Positions 9,734-19,403 of a stretch of 64,000 nt of DNA are shown here, one piece after another. The notes below the pieces were generated by a model. That model worked only from the letters and a program-made list of their open reading frames with translations, ran no database searches and had not been told where the DNA came from. Positions within the stretch are counted from its first letter, which is position 1. Every line of letters begins with the position of its first letter. A program made the position numbers and the translations under genes. The DNA lies in contig CALVJQ010000006.1 of NCBI GenBank assembly GCA_944332265.1, positions 1,021 to 65,020 of the forward strand, in the 5' to 3' direction. This DNA is from an uncultured Bacilli bacterium (GTDB lineage: Bacteria > Bacillota_I > Bacilli_A > RF39 > UBA660).

Positions 9734-11602
9734 TTATGATATCAAATTAAAAGCAATATTGCTATTATCTTTTTTTTCTTTACCAGCAATTATATTAGAT
9801 AAGTATTGTAATGATTTTCTAAATTCTTTAATTAAAATTGTTTTTTGTTTATTATCATTCATATATATATTTAAACTACTACTTATTGTAGGTATATATT
9901 GATTTATTAAATCTTTTATAGTACTAAAAGAAATGCCGTTATATTTAGCTTCTATAGGGTTCTTAGTATTATTAAAAGTAATATTATTTAACATTATAAA
10001 ATTATTTAAAATGTTAATCGCTTTTTCTTCGGGAATTTTAGAAATAACTAATTTAGCTAAAGTACGATAATAAGCAACTTCTGCTAAGCTATTTATATAA
10101 TCAATATATGGAATATAATCATCTTTTTCTTCATTATATAGTCCTATCTCTGATAGACCATAAAAAGTATTATTATTTATACTACTCATAGGCATTGGTA
10201 AACCAAAACTATCTATCCATTCTTGATGGCTTAAAGCAATTTTATTTATGATATCAAGTTTAGTTTTAAGGTCTTCTTTAGATGCATATATAATAGTATA
10301 TTTTTCATTAGAAAGACCTAATAAATCATAATTTAAATTATTTAGGATGCATTTTCTAATATATTCATTTAAGAAGAGAATAGTTTCGTATTCAGGACCA
10401 TTAATATAAATGGAGTATTCTGATACTGAATTATTATTATTAAATAATGATTTATTACCAAGACCAAGATGATTTTCTTTTAAATTAACAGCATCTGTTA
10501 TTGTTAGAGATATAAATTGATATAAATTATTAGTTATTTTATATTTTTTAATTATATAGTGAGGATTTTCTCTATTATTTATTTCTTTTAATATATGATA
10601 GATATCTTCTTCTTTGATAGCAGTTAAAATAGATATATCTTCTTCATTAATTAAAGACGTGAATGAGGGATTTAAATCATCATAAGCATAATTATTAAAT
10701 TTATCAAGAAAGATATTATATAAATTGAATATTAAATTAGCTTGAAGTTCTTCATAATCAATATTCTTTTTTTCTTTGATTATTTTTTCTTCCTTAAGAA
10801 TAAGATTATTAAGATTAAAGGATCCTTCTTGGTATCTAGAAGTTAACATTGTAGATAGTAAATTATCATTATCTAATGGATTATTATAGTTGGTTTCATT
10901 TAAGGATTTTTCTTTATTATTAGTTTGCATAAGTAAAGAACGAAGATTAATATTATATATTTCTGATAAGTATAAAAGAATCTTTAAATAAATTGATTTT
11001 TCTTTATCATTCATGGAATGTTTATTTTGATTGTATGTATCAATCATCTTATATAAATCTTCTTTTTGGGTAGTAAAACCTAATTTTTCAGTTAATTGTT
11101 TAATTTCTTCAGTAAAAATAAGAGACTTTTCATAGACATCATGAAAATTGAAATTATTTTCTAAAGATAATTCTTTTAATTTATTAAAATCTTTTGCTTC
11201 GGAAGAAGTTGTAAGGTTGTAAAGGCAGAAAGTTTTAAAGATTTCTTTTTCATTTATTGGAGTTTTTTTCTGTTTGTATGAAGTATATCTTTCAAGTTCT
11301 TCACGAAGATTCACATCATGTATTTTAGATAAACTAACTAATATTTTTAAGTATTCTTTTTTAGCAGAATCATTTAAATTATCTTTTTTGTTAATATATT
11401 CTTCTAAGAGATTACAAAAAGATTCAAAATCTAGGTTGTAGCCTAGTTTTTGGACTTTTTTTTGAAGGTTTTTAACGTACTTTTGAGCCTTTTTTTGATA
11501 TTTTTTAAAATTTTCTTTAGATTCTTTTTTTAGTTCATCAAGAGATATTGTATTATCTTTAGTTATATAATAGTAACAAAATTTACGAAATAATTCATCC
11601 AT
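9734..11602 (-). CDS. hypothetical 622-aa cytoplasmic protein with internal N-terminal duplication
   Basis: Long uninterrupted ORF with AGGTGAG RBS. No TM or signal peptide and no nucleotide-binding motif. Two ~52-aa repeats: KLGYNLDFE...YLKILVSLSKIHDVNLREEL and KLGFTTQKE...YLKILLYLSEIYNINLRSLL. Confidence 0.65.
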   Translation of the reverse strand: MDELFRKFCYYYITKDNTISLDELKKESKENFKKYQKKAQKYVKNLQKKVQKLGYNLDFESFCNLLEEYINKKDNLNDSAKKEYLKILVSLSKIHDVNLREELERYTSYKQKKTPINEKEIFKTFCLYNLTTSSEAKDFNKLKELSLENNFNFHDVYEKSLIFTEEIKQLTEKLGFTTQKEDLYKMIDTYNQNKHSMNDKEKSIYLKILLYLSEIYNINLRSLLMQTNNKEKSLNETNYNNPLDNDNLLSTMLTSRYQEGSFNLNNLILKEEKIIKEKKNIDYEELQANLIFNLYNIFLDKFNNYAYDDLNPSFTSLINEEDISILTAIKEEDIYHILKEINNRENPHYIIKKYKITNNLYQFISLTITDAVNLKENHLGLGNKSLFNNNNSVSEYSIYINGPEYETILFLNEYIRKCILNNLNYDLLGLSNEKYTIIYASKEDLKTKLDIINKIALSHQEWIDSFGLPMPMSSINNNTFYGLSEIGLYNEEKDDYIPYIDYINSLAEVAYYRTLAKLVISKIPEEKAINILNNFIMLNNITFNNTKNPIEAKYNGISFSTIKDLINQYIPTISSSLNIYMNDNKQKTILIKEFRKSLQYLSNIIAGKEKKDNSNIAFNLIS

Positions 11603-11621
11603 AGTCTCACCTATTTTAATT

Positions 11622-11656
11622 ATAACAAAAAAGATAACTTATTTTAAGTTATCTTT
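11622..11656 (-). terminator. rho-independent terminator of proS
   Basis: 12-bp stem AAAGATAACTTA/TAAGTTATCTTT spans the proS stop codon. On the minus strand it is followed by TTTTTTG. Confidence 0.6.
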
Positions 11657-13336
11657 AATTATTTCTTGAACTTTTTGGACTATATCAGATATTGAGATGT
11701 CTTCTTGTTCTTTTTTAGTTCTTTCTTTTAATTCAACTAAGTTATCATTGATTTTTTTACCAACAGTAATTCGTAGTGGAATACCTATTAAATCCATATC
11801 TTTAAATTTAACCCCTGGTCTTTCTTCGCGGTTATCGTAAATAACTTCTATTTTATTTTTTATTAATTCTTGATATATTTGCTCAGCAATGGCGGTTTGT
11901 TTTGTATCTTTCATATCAATTTGAACTAGAGCAACTTGATAAGGTGCAATTGACATTGGTAATATAAGACCATTTTCATCATGGTTTTGTTCAACGATAC
12001 TAGCTAGAATACGACCTGGTCCAATACCATATGAGCCCATGATAACAACATTTTCTTTATTATTTTCATCTAGATATGTTAAACCTAGATTTTCAGCATA
12101 TTTAGTACCTAGTTTAAAGAGATTACCAATTTCGATACCTTTTTTAAAGTATAATTCACTACCACAACATGGACATTTATCCCCTTCTTTAACGTTAACG
12201 ATATCGCCAACAAGGTCATAATTAATGTCTTTTAAGTTAGCATTAATATAATGATATTCTTCTTTATTAGCTCCACAACAGAAGTTTTTCATTTGAAGAA
12301 TTTCTTTATCAATTACTACTTTAGCATTTAAATTAATTGGACCAGTATAACCAGGAACGGCATTACTTGTAGCAATTAAGGCATCATCAGCAAAATTTAA
12401 CTCTTTTATTCCTAGGAGTTTACATACTTTAGTTTCGCATAGCTCACGATCGCCTCTAACAAAGCAAATTACTAATTCACCATCAGCATTCATAAGTAAT
12501 GCTTTGACCGAATGTTTTACATCAATATTTAAATAATTACATACATCTTCAATAGTTGCTTGATTTGGTGTATGAACCATTTCTAATTTTTTGTCTTTTT
12601 CATTTTGTTCTAAAGATGAAATTGTTTCAGCAATTTCTAAGTTTGAAGAGTAATCACAATTTGGGCATAGAACTAGGATATCTTCTCCTATATCAGTTAT
12701 GGCTTGATATTCTTCGGAAAGAGTTCCGCCCATCGCCCCATTATCAGCACGAACTATTTTATAATCAATACCTAAACGATTATATATTTTATTATAGGCA
12801 TTTTTCATGTTTAAATATGATTTATCTAAACCTTCTTCGTCTTTATCAAAGGAATATGCATCTTTCATGATAAATTCACGAACACGGATTAAGCCATAAC
12901 GTGGTCTTGGTTCATCACGGAATTTATCAGCTTGCTGATATAAAGTAAAATGTAAATCTTTATAACTTCTAACCATTGCTTTGGCAGCGATCGTAAATAA
13001 TTCTTCATGAGTTGGGCCTAGTACATGAGCTTTATTATAGCGATCTTTTAAATTGAACATATCATCACCAAAAATAGTAACACGTCCACATTTTTCATAA
13101 TACTCACTTGGAATTAAACTTGGCATTAGTAATTCTTGAGCACCAGCATTATCCATTTCTTCTTTGATAATTTTCATTATATTATTTAAAGTTTTATAAC
13201 CTAGTGGTAAATACATATAGATACCAGCACCTACTTTTTTTATCATGCCACTTCTTACTAAAAGATTACCACTTGTACTCTCTTCGTCTTTGGCATCTTC
13301 ACGAAGAGTAAAAAAGTAACTATTATTTAATTTCAT
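11639..13336 (-). CDS. proS: proline--tRNA ligase (bacterial type with editing domain)
   Basis: N-terminus FFTLREDAKDEESTSGNLLVRSGMIKKVGAGIYMYLPLG and class II motifs (FRDEPRPRYGLIRVREFIMKDAYSF; GSYGIGPGR). A Pro-type T-box lies upstream. Confidence 0.92.
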   Translation of the reverse strand: MKLNNSYFFTLREDAKDEESTSGNLLVRSGMIKKVGAGIYMYLPLGYKTLNNIMKIIKEEMDNAGAQELLMPSLIPSEYYEKCGRVTIFGDDMFNLKDRYNKAHVLGPTHEELFTIAAKAMVRSYKDLHFTLYQQADKFRDEPRPRYGLIRVREFIMKDAYSFDKDEEGLDKSYLNMKNAYNKIYNRLGIDYKIVRADNGAMGGTLSEEYQAITDIGEDILVLCPNCDYSSNLEIAETISSLEQNEKDKKLEMVHTPNQATIEDVCNYLNIDVKHSVKALLMNADGELVICFVRGDRELCETKVCKLLGIKELNFADDALIATSNAVPGYTGPINLNAKVVIDKEILQMKNFCCGANKEEYHYINANLKDINYDLVGDIVNVKEGDKCPCCGSELYFKKGIEIGNLFKLGTKYAENLGLTYLDENNKENVVIMGSYGIGPGRILASIVEQNHDENGLILPMSIAPYQVALVQIDMKDTKQTAIAEQIYQELIKNKIEVIYDNREERPGVKFKDMDLIGIPLRITVGKKINDNLVELKERTKKEQEDISISDIVQKVQEIIKDNLK

Positions 13337-13424
13337 TTTATTTCCTCCTTTATTTTATTTTTATTATTAAAAAAGGATGAGGGTCGTTTAAATTGATTAT
13401 ACATGGTTATTCTCCTTTCAAGAA

Positions 13425-13622
13425 TAAAAAAAGGATGGTACTAAAGGAGTGCTTTTTACGCACGGTACCATCCTTATTTACTCTTTTTGATAACGGATAT
13501 TATCCGGGAATATTTTCATATTCCATTCATGGGTAGGAATATCTTAGTATTATTATCTAGTTCACACTCTTCTAGAATCACTGGGAATAAGGGAATAAGA
13601 TATTATGTCCCAATCAACATAT
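13425..13622 (-). promoter_or_regulatory. T-box leader (tRNA-Pro sensing) controlling proS
   Basis: The minus strand contains the T-box sequence AAGGATGGTACCGTGCG. A terminator hairpin (GGATGGTAC/GTACCATCC, 13432-13475) and T-run follow. Stem I elements are present (AGTGA, AGAAGAGTG). The candidate specifier is CCU followed by A at 13535-13537. Confidence 0.8.
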
Positions 13623-13626
13623 TGCC

Positions 13627-13670
13627 AATAATATAAAACAATTACTATTTTTTGTCAAATAGTAATTGTT
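13627..13670 (-). terminator. terminator hairpin after the DUF4176 gene, overlapping the proS promoter
   Basis: 13-bp perfect stem AACAATTACTATT/AATAGTAATTGTT (13637-13670). On the minus strand it is followed by TTTATATTATT. Confidence 0.5.
13630..13658 (-). promoter_or_regulatory. sigma-A type promoter of the proS T-box leader
   Basis: TTGACA (13658..13653), 17-nt spacer, TATATT (13635..13630), read on the minus strand. Confidence 0.5.
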
Positions 13671-13675
13671 ATTTT

Positions 13676-14062
13676 TTACATTCCTGTTGGATTTTGAGGA
13701 TTTTGTGGTGCTTGTGGAGCAGCTGGTGCTACAGGTGTAGCTGGAGTTGTTCCTTGAGTTGCAGGATTAGCACCATTTTGACTAGCAGCAACAATTTGAG
13801 CAAGTTTTACTTTAAAATCTTGTTCTTCTTGATCTACTAATCCCATATGATCAACTCTAACAATTTGTTCATGATCAAATAGTAAAGTTTGATCTGAACT
13901 TAATGATCCTTCTGGAAATAATACTCCTGAATAATCATAAACTTTATCTGGTTTGCTAGCATCCATAGTACAGAAACCATTAATCATAACTCTTTTTGTA
14001 CCATTACGTAGTAATACTACTGTACCAACTGGTAAATATTTTCCTTTTATTTGTTCGTTCAT
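13676..14062 (-). CDS. DUF4176 domain protein with P/Q/A-rich C-terminal tail
   Basis: YLPVGTVVLLRNGTKRVMINGF...VYDYSGVLFPEG...LLFDHEQIVRVDHMG is the DUF4176 pattern. The tail is PATQGTTPATPVAPAAPQAPQNPQNP. Confidence 0.75.
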   Translation of the reverse strand: MNEQIKGKYLPVGTVVLLRNGTKRVMINGFCTMDASKPDKVYDYSGVLFPEGSLSSDQTLLFDHEQIVRVDHMGLVDQEEQDFKVKLAQIVAASQNGANPATQGTTPATPVAPAAPQAPQNPQNPTGM

Positions 14063-14125
14063 TTATACCATCCTTTTCATACTATAGTTAATTATATAAT
14101 ATTTCTTTTTAATTGTCTATGTTTT

Positions 14126-16078
14126 TTATGCAATACCTATTTCTTGAAGATATTTAGTTAATTCGTCTTTGGTTATTGTATTTTGAACAGCTGCTACTAT
14201 TTTACCATCCTTAATAAAGTAAACTGTAGGATACTCTGTACATGTATTAGTTGTATTATTTTCAGGATTAGCATTACATATAGGAGTTACCCCAGAAACT
14301 AAAGATCTAAATTCGTCATTAATATAGTATTGACTAAAGTAATAAGTATGGAAATTATACTCTTCTTGAGCTTTTTCTAGATTGTCAAAGATTGCTGTAT
14401 CAGCACCAGTTCCGTATGTACGTCCTGTTGACCCTACGTATAATACTGTTCCTTGTTTTCTACTTAGAATTTCTTTTAACTCATCAGTACCATAAACGAC
14501 TGCCATTTCATAATAATTTAAATCTAAAGTTGATTCATAATAATTATCATATAATGAGCTTAGGACTTTATCTTTTTTAGCTATTTCTTCTAAGTTAGCC
14601 ATTAACACACTCTCGTCTATTTCATTTTCATCTATAGCTTTTTCAGGATCAATAGTAGTTAATTTGCCACCTATTTCAGTTTTGTAATTTCCTTTTAAAT
14701 TTAAGTATTCTTTATCTTGTTCAAAGCGTAGTTCAAAGTCGCCAGAAATATTATCTTTTTCTTCTTTAACAGTTAAATAAATTGTTCCACTAGCTACAGT
14801 TTCTTTTTCTTCTTTTAATTCAAAATCCAAGTCAACTTTTTCTTCGCTTAATTCTTTTATGGTAGCAGTTATTATTTCTTCTCCATTATATTTAACAGTA
14901 ACATCTGTTTCTTTACCATCTTTAACTGCTTGAATGTTTATTTTAGTTTCACTATATCCTTCTTGATTATTGTCAAATGTTATTTCAGTATTTTTACCAT
15001 CAGTAAAATATGTAAAATACTCATCTCTTTCAATTTCTAAACTAAAACCAGTAAAGGAATTTAATAAACCTTTTGTATAAATGTTAATAACTAATTTTTC
15101 ATCATATTCTATATCTTTAGCACTTTTTCTTAAATCTTTTAAAGAATCTTCTAGATCATCTTTTTTAATATCTAAAGTATCAGCTAGGTTATCGATAAAA
15201 TCTTTATCATCTAGTAATTGTTCAATAGTATCTCTGATAATATTAGATAAAGCTTTGTCATCTAGCTCATAACTGTTTTTTGTTACTTTAACTGATGAAT
15301 CAACTATATCGATTTCATCACTTTCTTTTTCCATATCATCAGAATTTAAAGAATTATTAAGAGCATTAGTTATTGATTTTAAGATTGAATCATAAGTTTT
15401 AAAATCTAAATTTTTCATTATTTTATTATATTCTTTTAGTTCATCAATATTGGCAAATGGACTACCATAACTATTTTCTGCTTTTATGATATCATCATAT
15501 AAATTTGTTTTTATATAAACATTATCATCTATAGCATAAGCATCTAAGCTTATTTCTTCAGATTCACCTTTAAGACTACCACCAAAAACAAGTTCTTCTT
15601 TATCTAGGTTATAGCCTACTTTAGCTTTAATTGTAGTATCTTTTATATTAATACCTGTTTCTTCAAGTGATGAATTAAAATCTTCAATGTTACTATCTAT
15701 TTTGAATTCAACATTATTTATTACAGTTTCTTTTTCTAAATTATATTTATTTAGGAAATCATCAGCATCATTAAGATATCTACTAGTTTCTTTATATAAT
15801 TCGTTTATAGCATTTTTAAATGCTTGTTTTGGTGTAGAAAGTGCTGTTTTTACAATAATAAGAGCTACTAATACTACGATAACTGCGGCAATAGCAATAA
15901 CTTTGCTAAGACCAAATTTTTTTAATTTGTTAAAAATGTTATTTAAGGGATTTTCTTTGGCTGTATTTGTTTGTTCTATAGTTTGGGTTTCTAAAGTTGT
16001 TTTTTCAGATTCTATCTTGTTATTTTTAGGGATTTCTTCAGTATTTAGATTAGAATCTTTCTTTACTTCATCATTCAT
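14126..16078 (-). CDS. single-pass membrane protein: large extracellular domain plus C-terminal CxxC-less thioredoxin-like fold
   Basis: TM segment VIAIAAVIVVLVALIIV. The C-terminus (VLYVGSTGRTYG...YPTVYFIKDGKIVAAV...ELTKYLQEIG) is thioredoxin-like without catalytic Cys. The central region is paralogous to 17395-19374. Confidence 0.6.
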   Translation of the reverse strand: MNDEVKKDSNLNTEEIPKNNKIESEKTTLETQTIEQTNTAKENPLNNIFNKLKKFGLSKVIAIAAVIVVLVALIIVKTALSTPKQAFKNAINELYKETSRYLNDADDFLNKYNLEKETVINNVEFKIDSNIEDFNSSLEETGINIKDTTIKAKVGYNLDKEELVFGGSLKGESEEISLDAYAIDDNVYIKTNLYDDIIKAENSYGSPFANIDELKEYNKIMKNLDFKTYDSILKSITNALNNSLNSDDMEKESDEIDIVDSSVKVTKNSYELDDKALSNIIRDTIEQLLDDKDFIDNLADTLDIKKDDLEDSLKDLRKSAKDIEYDEKLVINIYTKGLLNSFTGFSLEIERDEYFTYFTDGKNTEITFDNNQEGYSETKINIQAVKDGKETDVTVKYNGEEIITATIKELSEEKVDLDFELKEEKETVASGTIYLTVKEEKDNISGDFELRFEQDKEYLNLKGNYKTEIGGKLTTIDPEKAIDENEIDESVLMANLEEIAKKDKVLSSLYDNYYESTLDLNYYEMAVVYGTDELKEILSRKQGTVLYVGSTGRTYGTGADTAIFDNLEKAQEEYNFHTYYFSQYYINDEFRSLVSGVTPICNANPENNTTNTCTEYPTVYFIKDGKIVAAVQNTITKDELTKYLQEIGIA

Positions 16079-16178
16079 ATAAACTTAACCTCTTTTCTAC
16101 TATTCATTATATCATATGTTTTTTATTTGGGAAGTAATAAAAAATATTTTTAATCATATTTTTTATTAGGGTGAATTC

Positions 16179-17318
16179 ATGAAAAAAATTTTTTTTATCA
16201 TTTTCTTAATACTATTTGGAATGATTAGAGTTAAAGCACTAGAATTAACTTCTTATAGTGAATCAGCGATTTTAATTGAACCAACAACTAATACTATTTT
16301 ATATGAATTAAATAAAGATGAAAGAAAAGCTCCTGCTTCAATGACTAAGTTAATGACAATGCTTATAATTGTTGAAGAAATAGATAAAGGAAATATTAAA
16401 TTAAATGATATGGTAACTATTAGTCAAAATGCAGCTGATATGGGTGGTAGTCAAGTTTTTTTAGAAGCTAATATGGAGATAGAAGTTGAACAACTATTAA
16501 AGGGAATTGCTATTGCTAGTGGTAATGATGCGGCGGTGGCGATGGCGGAATATATTGCTGGTAGTACAGATGAATTCGTTGAGATGATGAATCAAAAAGT
16601 AAAAGAGTTAGGATTAGTTAATACTCATTTTGCAAATGTGCATGGTCTTGATACAGATGATCATTATTCAACAGCTTATGATATGGCACAAATAGCTAGA
16701 GAATTATTGAAACATGAGTTAATTTTAGATTATACGTCTTTATATGAAGATTATCTTATAAAACCAGATGGTAGTAAAACATGGTTAGTTAATACTAATA
16801 AATTAGTAAGATTTTATGATGGGGTTGATGGCTTAAAAACGGGATATACAGAAAATGCTAAGTATTGTCTTACAGCAACAGCAAAGCGGGAAAAAATAAG
16901 ATTTATAACGGTAACAATGGGTGTTGATTCATCAGAACATCGAAGTAATGATACAACAAGTATGCTTAATTATGGTTTTGCTAATTATAAAATTAATAAT
17001 GTTGTAAAAAAAGGACAAGTTATAGGAGAAATAGAAATTAAAGGAGGAAAAAAGAATATCGGAGAAATGGTAGCTAAAGAAGAAATCAATGATTTAATAA
17101 AAAAAGGTGACAAAAAGGATTATTCTTATAATATAAAAAGAAAAAATATTAAAGCTCCTATTTTAAAAGGCGATGTTGTTGGTACTTTAGAAGTTATTGA
17201 CAATAATGGCAAAAAAGTTAAAACGATTGACTTAGTTAGCAAGGAAAGTGTTAATAAACATTCATTTTTTAGTTTATTTGGTAAATTGTTTAAACAAATT
17301 GTTGGTGGTTTTATTTAG
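16179..17318 (+). CDS. D-alanyl-D-alanine carboxypeptidase (peptidase S11, PBP5-type)
   Basis: Signal peptide is present. SxxK (ASMTKLMT), SxN (ASGNDAA) and KTG (LKTGYT) motifs, plus a PBP5 C-terminal domain. Confidence 0.88.
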   Translation: MKKIFFIIFLILFGMIRVKALELTSYSESAILIEPTTNTILYELNKDERKAPASMTKLMTMLIIVEEIDKGNIKLNDMVTISQNAADMGGSQVFLEANMEIEVEQLLKGIAIASGNDAAVAMAEYIAGSTDEFVEMMNQKVKELGLVNTHFANVHGLDTDDHYSTAYDMAQIARELLKHELILDYTSLYEDYLIKPDGSKTWLVNTNKLVRFYDGVDGLKTGYTENAKYCLTATAKREKIRFITVTMGVDSSEHRSNDTTSMLNYGFANYKINNVVKKGQVIGEIEIKGGKKNIGEMVAKEEINDLIKKGDKKDYSYNIKRKNIKAPILKGDVVGTLEVIDNNGKKVKTIDLVSKESVNKHSFFSLFGKLFKQIVGGFI

Positions 17319-17394
17319 TTTTAGTATATTTATTTTTTTCTTTATGCTATAATTTTAGATAGTAAGATTATAGAATAAGAAAGAAGTGACTCTG

Positions 17395-19374
17395 ATGAAT
17401 GAACAAAATAATCTTGGACAAAATCCTGGACAAAATAATGCCTATCCTATGCCTGAGCAGCAAAATGCACTTAATAATCAAGTAGTTAATAATGGGGGTG
17501 TTGAATCGCAGGTTGGACAGATACCTGAACAACAGCCACAAGTTGTTGGACAACCAGTAGAGCAGACTTTACAACAACCAATACAACAGTCGATGCAACA
17601 GACTGTACAGCAACCAGTACAGCAGCCTGTTCAACAAGCAGTTCAGCAACCCGTTCAACAACCTGTACAACAGCCGATACAACAACCCGTTTTACAAGAA
17701 CAACAAATGCCTCAGACTCAACAAGTAAATGGGCAAGTTGTTAATCAAGATATTGTTGCCCAAGCACCAATAAATCCAATTCAAAATAATGCCGCTCCTA
17801 GTAATGGAGTATATGGTCCAAGTATTCCACTAAATACAGTTAATGATGCAACTAATGTAGGATTCGTTGCTTCTGCTGAACCTTTAAAGAAAAAGAAAAA
17901 TGGTGGTATCAAAGTAATAATAATATTAATTATACTAGCTATTTTAGGTGCTTTAGGATATTTTGTTGTATATCCTTACGTAGTAAAAACTTATTTTAGT
18001 GATCCTAAAAATGTATATGAGACTTCTATTAATGCTGCTTTTAAGAGTATTAATTCTACAATAAATGATTTAGTACATCAAAAAGCAATTTATAATATTG
18101 AGGCATCTTTTGATTCTAATATTTCAGAATTAAAACCTTATACAGGTTACTCTTATGGAATTAATATGGGAGTAGATCCAGTTGCTAAAACTTTTCAATC
18201 AGGTTTAATTATAAAAAATAATACTTCTAGTACAGAACATAGTTATTATGAATATCTAAAAGATAATAAGAAATATGCTAAATATTCAAGTTATAGAGGT
18301 TATATTTATTTAGGAGAAGCTAATTTAGAAGAACAATCTCAGTTATTTTCATCATTTGAAGATATATTTAATACTTCTGAGAAATTAAATAGTGAAGAAA
18401 TTGAATACTTAACAACTAAACTATCTACTTTATTAATAAATAGTATTGATGAAAGTAAGTTAAGTAAAGAAGATGCTATTATAAAGTTAAATAATGAAGA
18501 ACTTAAAGTTACGAATAATAAATATACAGTAACTTATGATGTATATGTAAAAACTTTAGAAACAATAGTAAATGGTTTAAAAGATGATGAAAAAGCATTA
18601 GAAATTATTGCTAAGATAACAGATAGTGAATTAGATGATGTAAAAACTAGTTTTGATGAGTTCAAAGTAGATGAAGAAAATGTAAGTGAAGAAACTAAAG
18701 AGAAAGAACTTTATATTAATATATATTCTTATGGTTTAAAAAATGATATTGTTGGATTTGAAGTCACAAGTAATAAAGATGAATCTAGATTATTCTATTA
18801 TTTTAATAGTAACTCATTTGAATTAGGTTCTTACGTATATAGTAATGATATTGAAACTGGTAAAGAAACAGAAAATGTCTTATTGGTTTCTGGGGTAAAA
18901 AAAGGATCTAGTACTAATGTAAAGATTAAGTTAAATGATGATGAAGTTGGTACTTTAGATATTAAACAATGGAATGATAAAGGTTTTGATATTGATTATA
19001 CGATTATAATTGGTGGAGATGAAGTTAAAGGTAATATAAAATTAACAAAAGATCTTAATGAAGAAAGAGCTAAATATACTTTTGATTTAAGAGTTAATAA
19101 AGGTGATGAATTTATAAGTCTTAACTTTAAGTTTGATGAAGATTGGACTAGTGAAGTTGCTAATATTAATACTAATAATGCGGATACTTTAACTGATGCT
19201 GAATTAGCTCAAAAACAACAAGAGTTTACAAATGCTTTAATGGAAACACCAATTGGAGCTTTATTTACAACTATTTCTAATGATTATGATGAATCAATTT
19301 ATAATTATTATGATAATAATACTGTTGATAATACTGTAAATAATAATGTGAATGCTATTCAACCAAATATGTAA
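17395..19374 (+). CDS. single-pass membrane protein: Q/P-rich cytoplasmic N-terminus, extracellular domain paralogous to 14126-16078
   Basis: QQPx tetrapeptide array. TM segment IKVIIILIILAILGALGYFVV. The block ELYINIYSYGLKNDIVGFEV matches KLVINIYTKGLLNSFTGFSL of the 650-aa protein. The ORF track starts at GTG 17386; ATG 17395 is preferred. Confidence 0.6.
   Translation: MNEQNNLGQNPGQNNAYPMPEQQNALNNQVVNNGGVESQVGQIPEQQPQVVGQPVEQTLQQPIQQSMQQTVQQPVQQPVQQAVQQPVQQPVQQPIQQPVLQEQQMPQTQQVNGQVVNQDIVAQAPINPIQNNAAPSNGVYGPSIPLNTVNDATNVGFVASAEPLKKKKNGGIKVIIILIILAILGALGYFVVYPYVVKTYFSDPKNVYETSINAAFKSINSTINDLVHQKAIYNIEASFDSNISELKPYTGYSYGINMGVDPVAKTFQSGLIIKNNTSSTEHSYYEYLKDNKKYAKYSSYRGYIYLGEANLEEQSQLFSSFEDIFNTSEKLNSEEIEYLTTKLSTLLINSIDESKLSKEDAIIKLNNEELKVTNNKYTVTYDVYVKTLETIVNGLKDDEKALEIIAKITDSELDDVKTSFDEFKVDEENVSEETKEKELYINIYSYGLKNDIVGFEVTSNKDESRLFYYFNSNSFELGSYVYSNDIETGKETENVLLVSGVKKGSSTNVKIKLNDDEVGTLDIKQWNDKGFDIDYTIIIGGDEVKGNIKLTKDLNEERAKYTFDLRVNKGDEFISLNFKFDEDWTSEVANINTNNADTLTDAELAQKQQEFTNALMETPIGALFTTISNDYDESIYNYYDNNTVDNTVNNNVNAIQPNM
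17551..17691 (+). repeat. 12-nt coding tandem repeat (QQPV/QQPI/QQAV, about 11 units)
   Basis: Protein residues 56-102 read QPVEQTLQQPIQQSMQQTVQQPVQQPVQQAVQQPVQQPVQQPIQQPV. The DNA shows imperfect caacagccngta units. Confidence 0.8.
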
Positions 19375-19403
19375 AATATAATAAGAAAAAGGTGAATAAT
19401 TAT

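Noticed and set aside
13676-16078. Possible type VII secretion locus, considered because of the DUF4176 gene.
   Set aside because: No FtsK/SpoIIIE-type EssC, WXG100 or LXG protein, and no EsaA/EssB-like gene, is present anywhere in the window. DUF4176 alone is insufficient.
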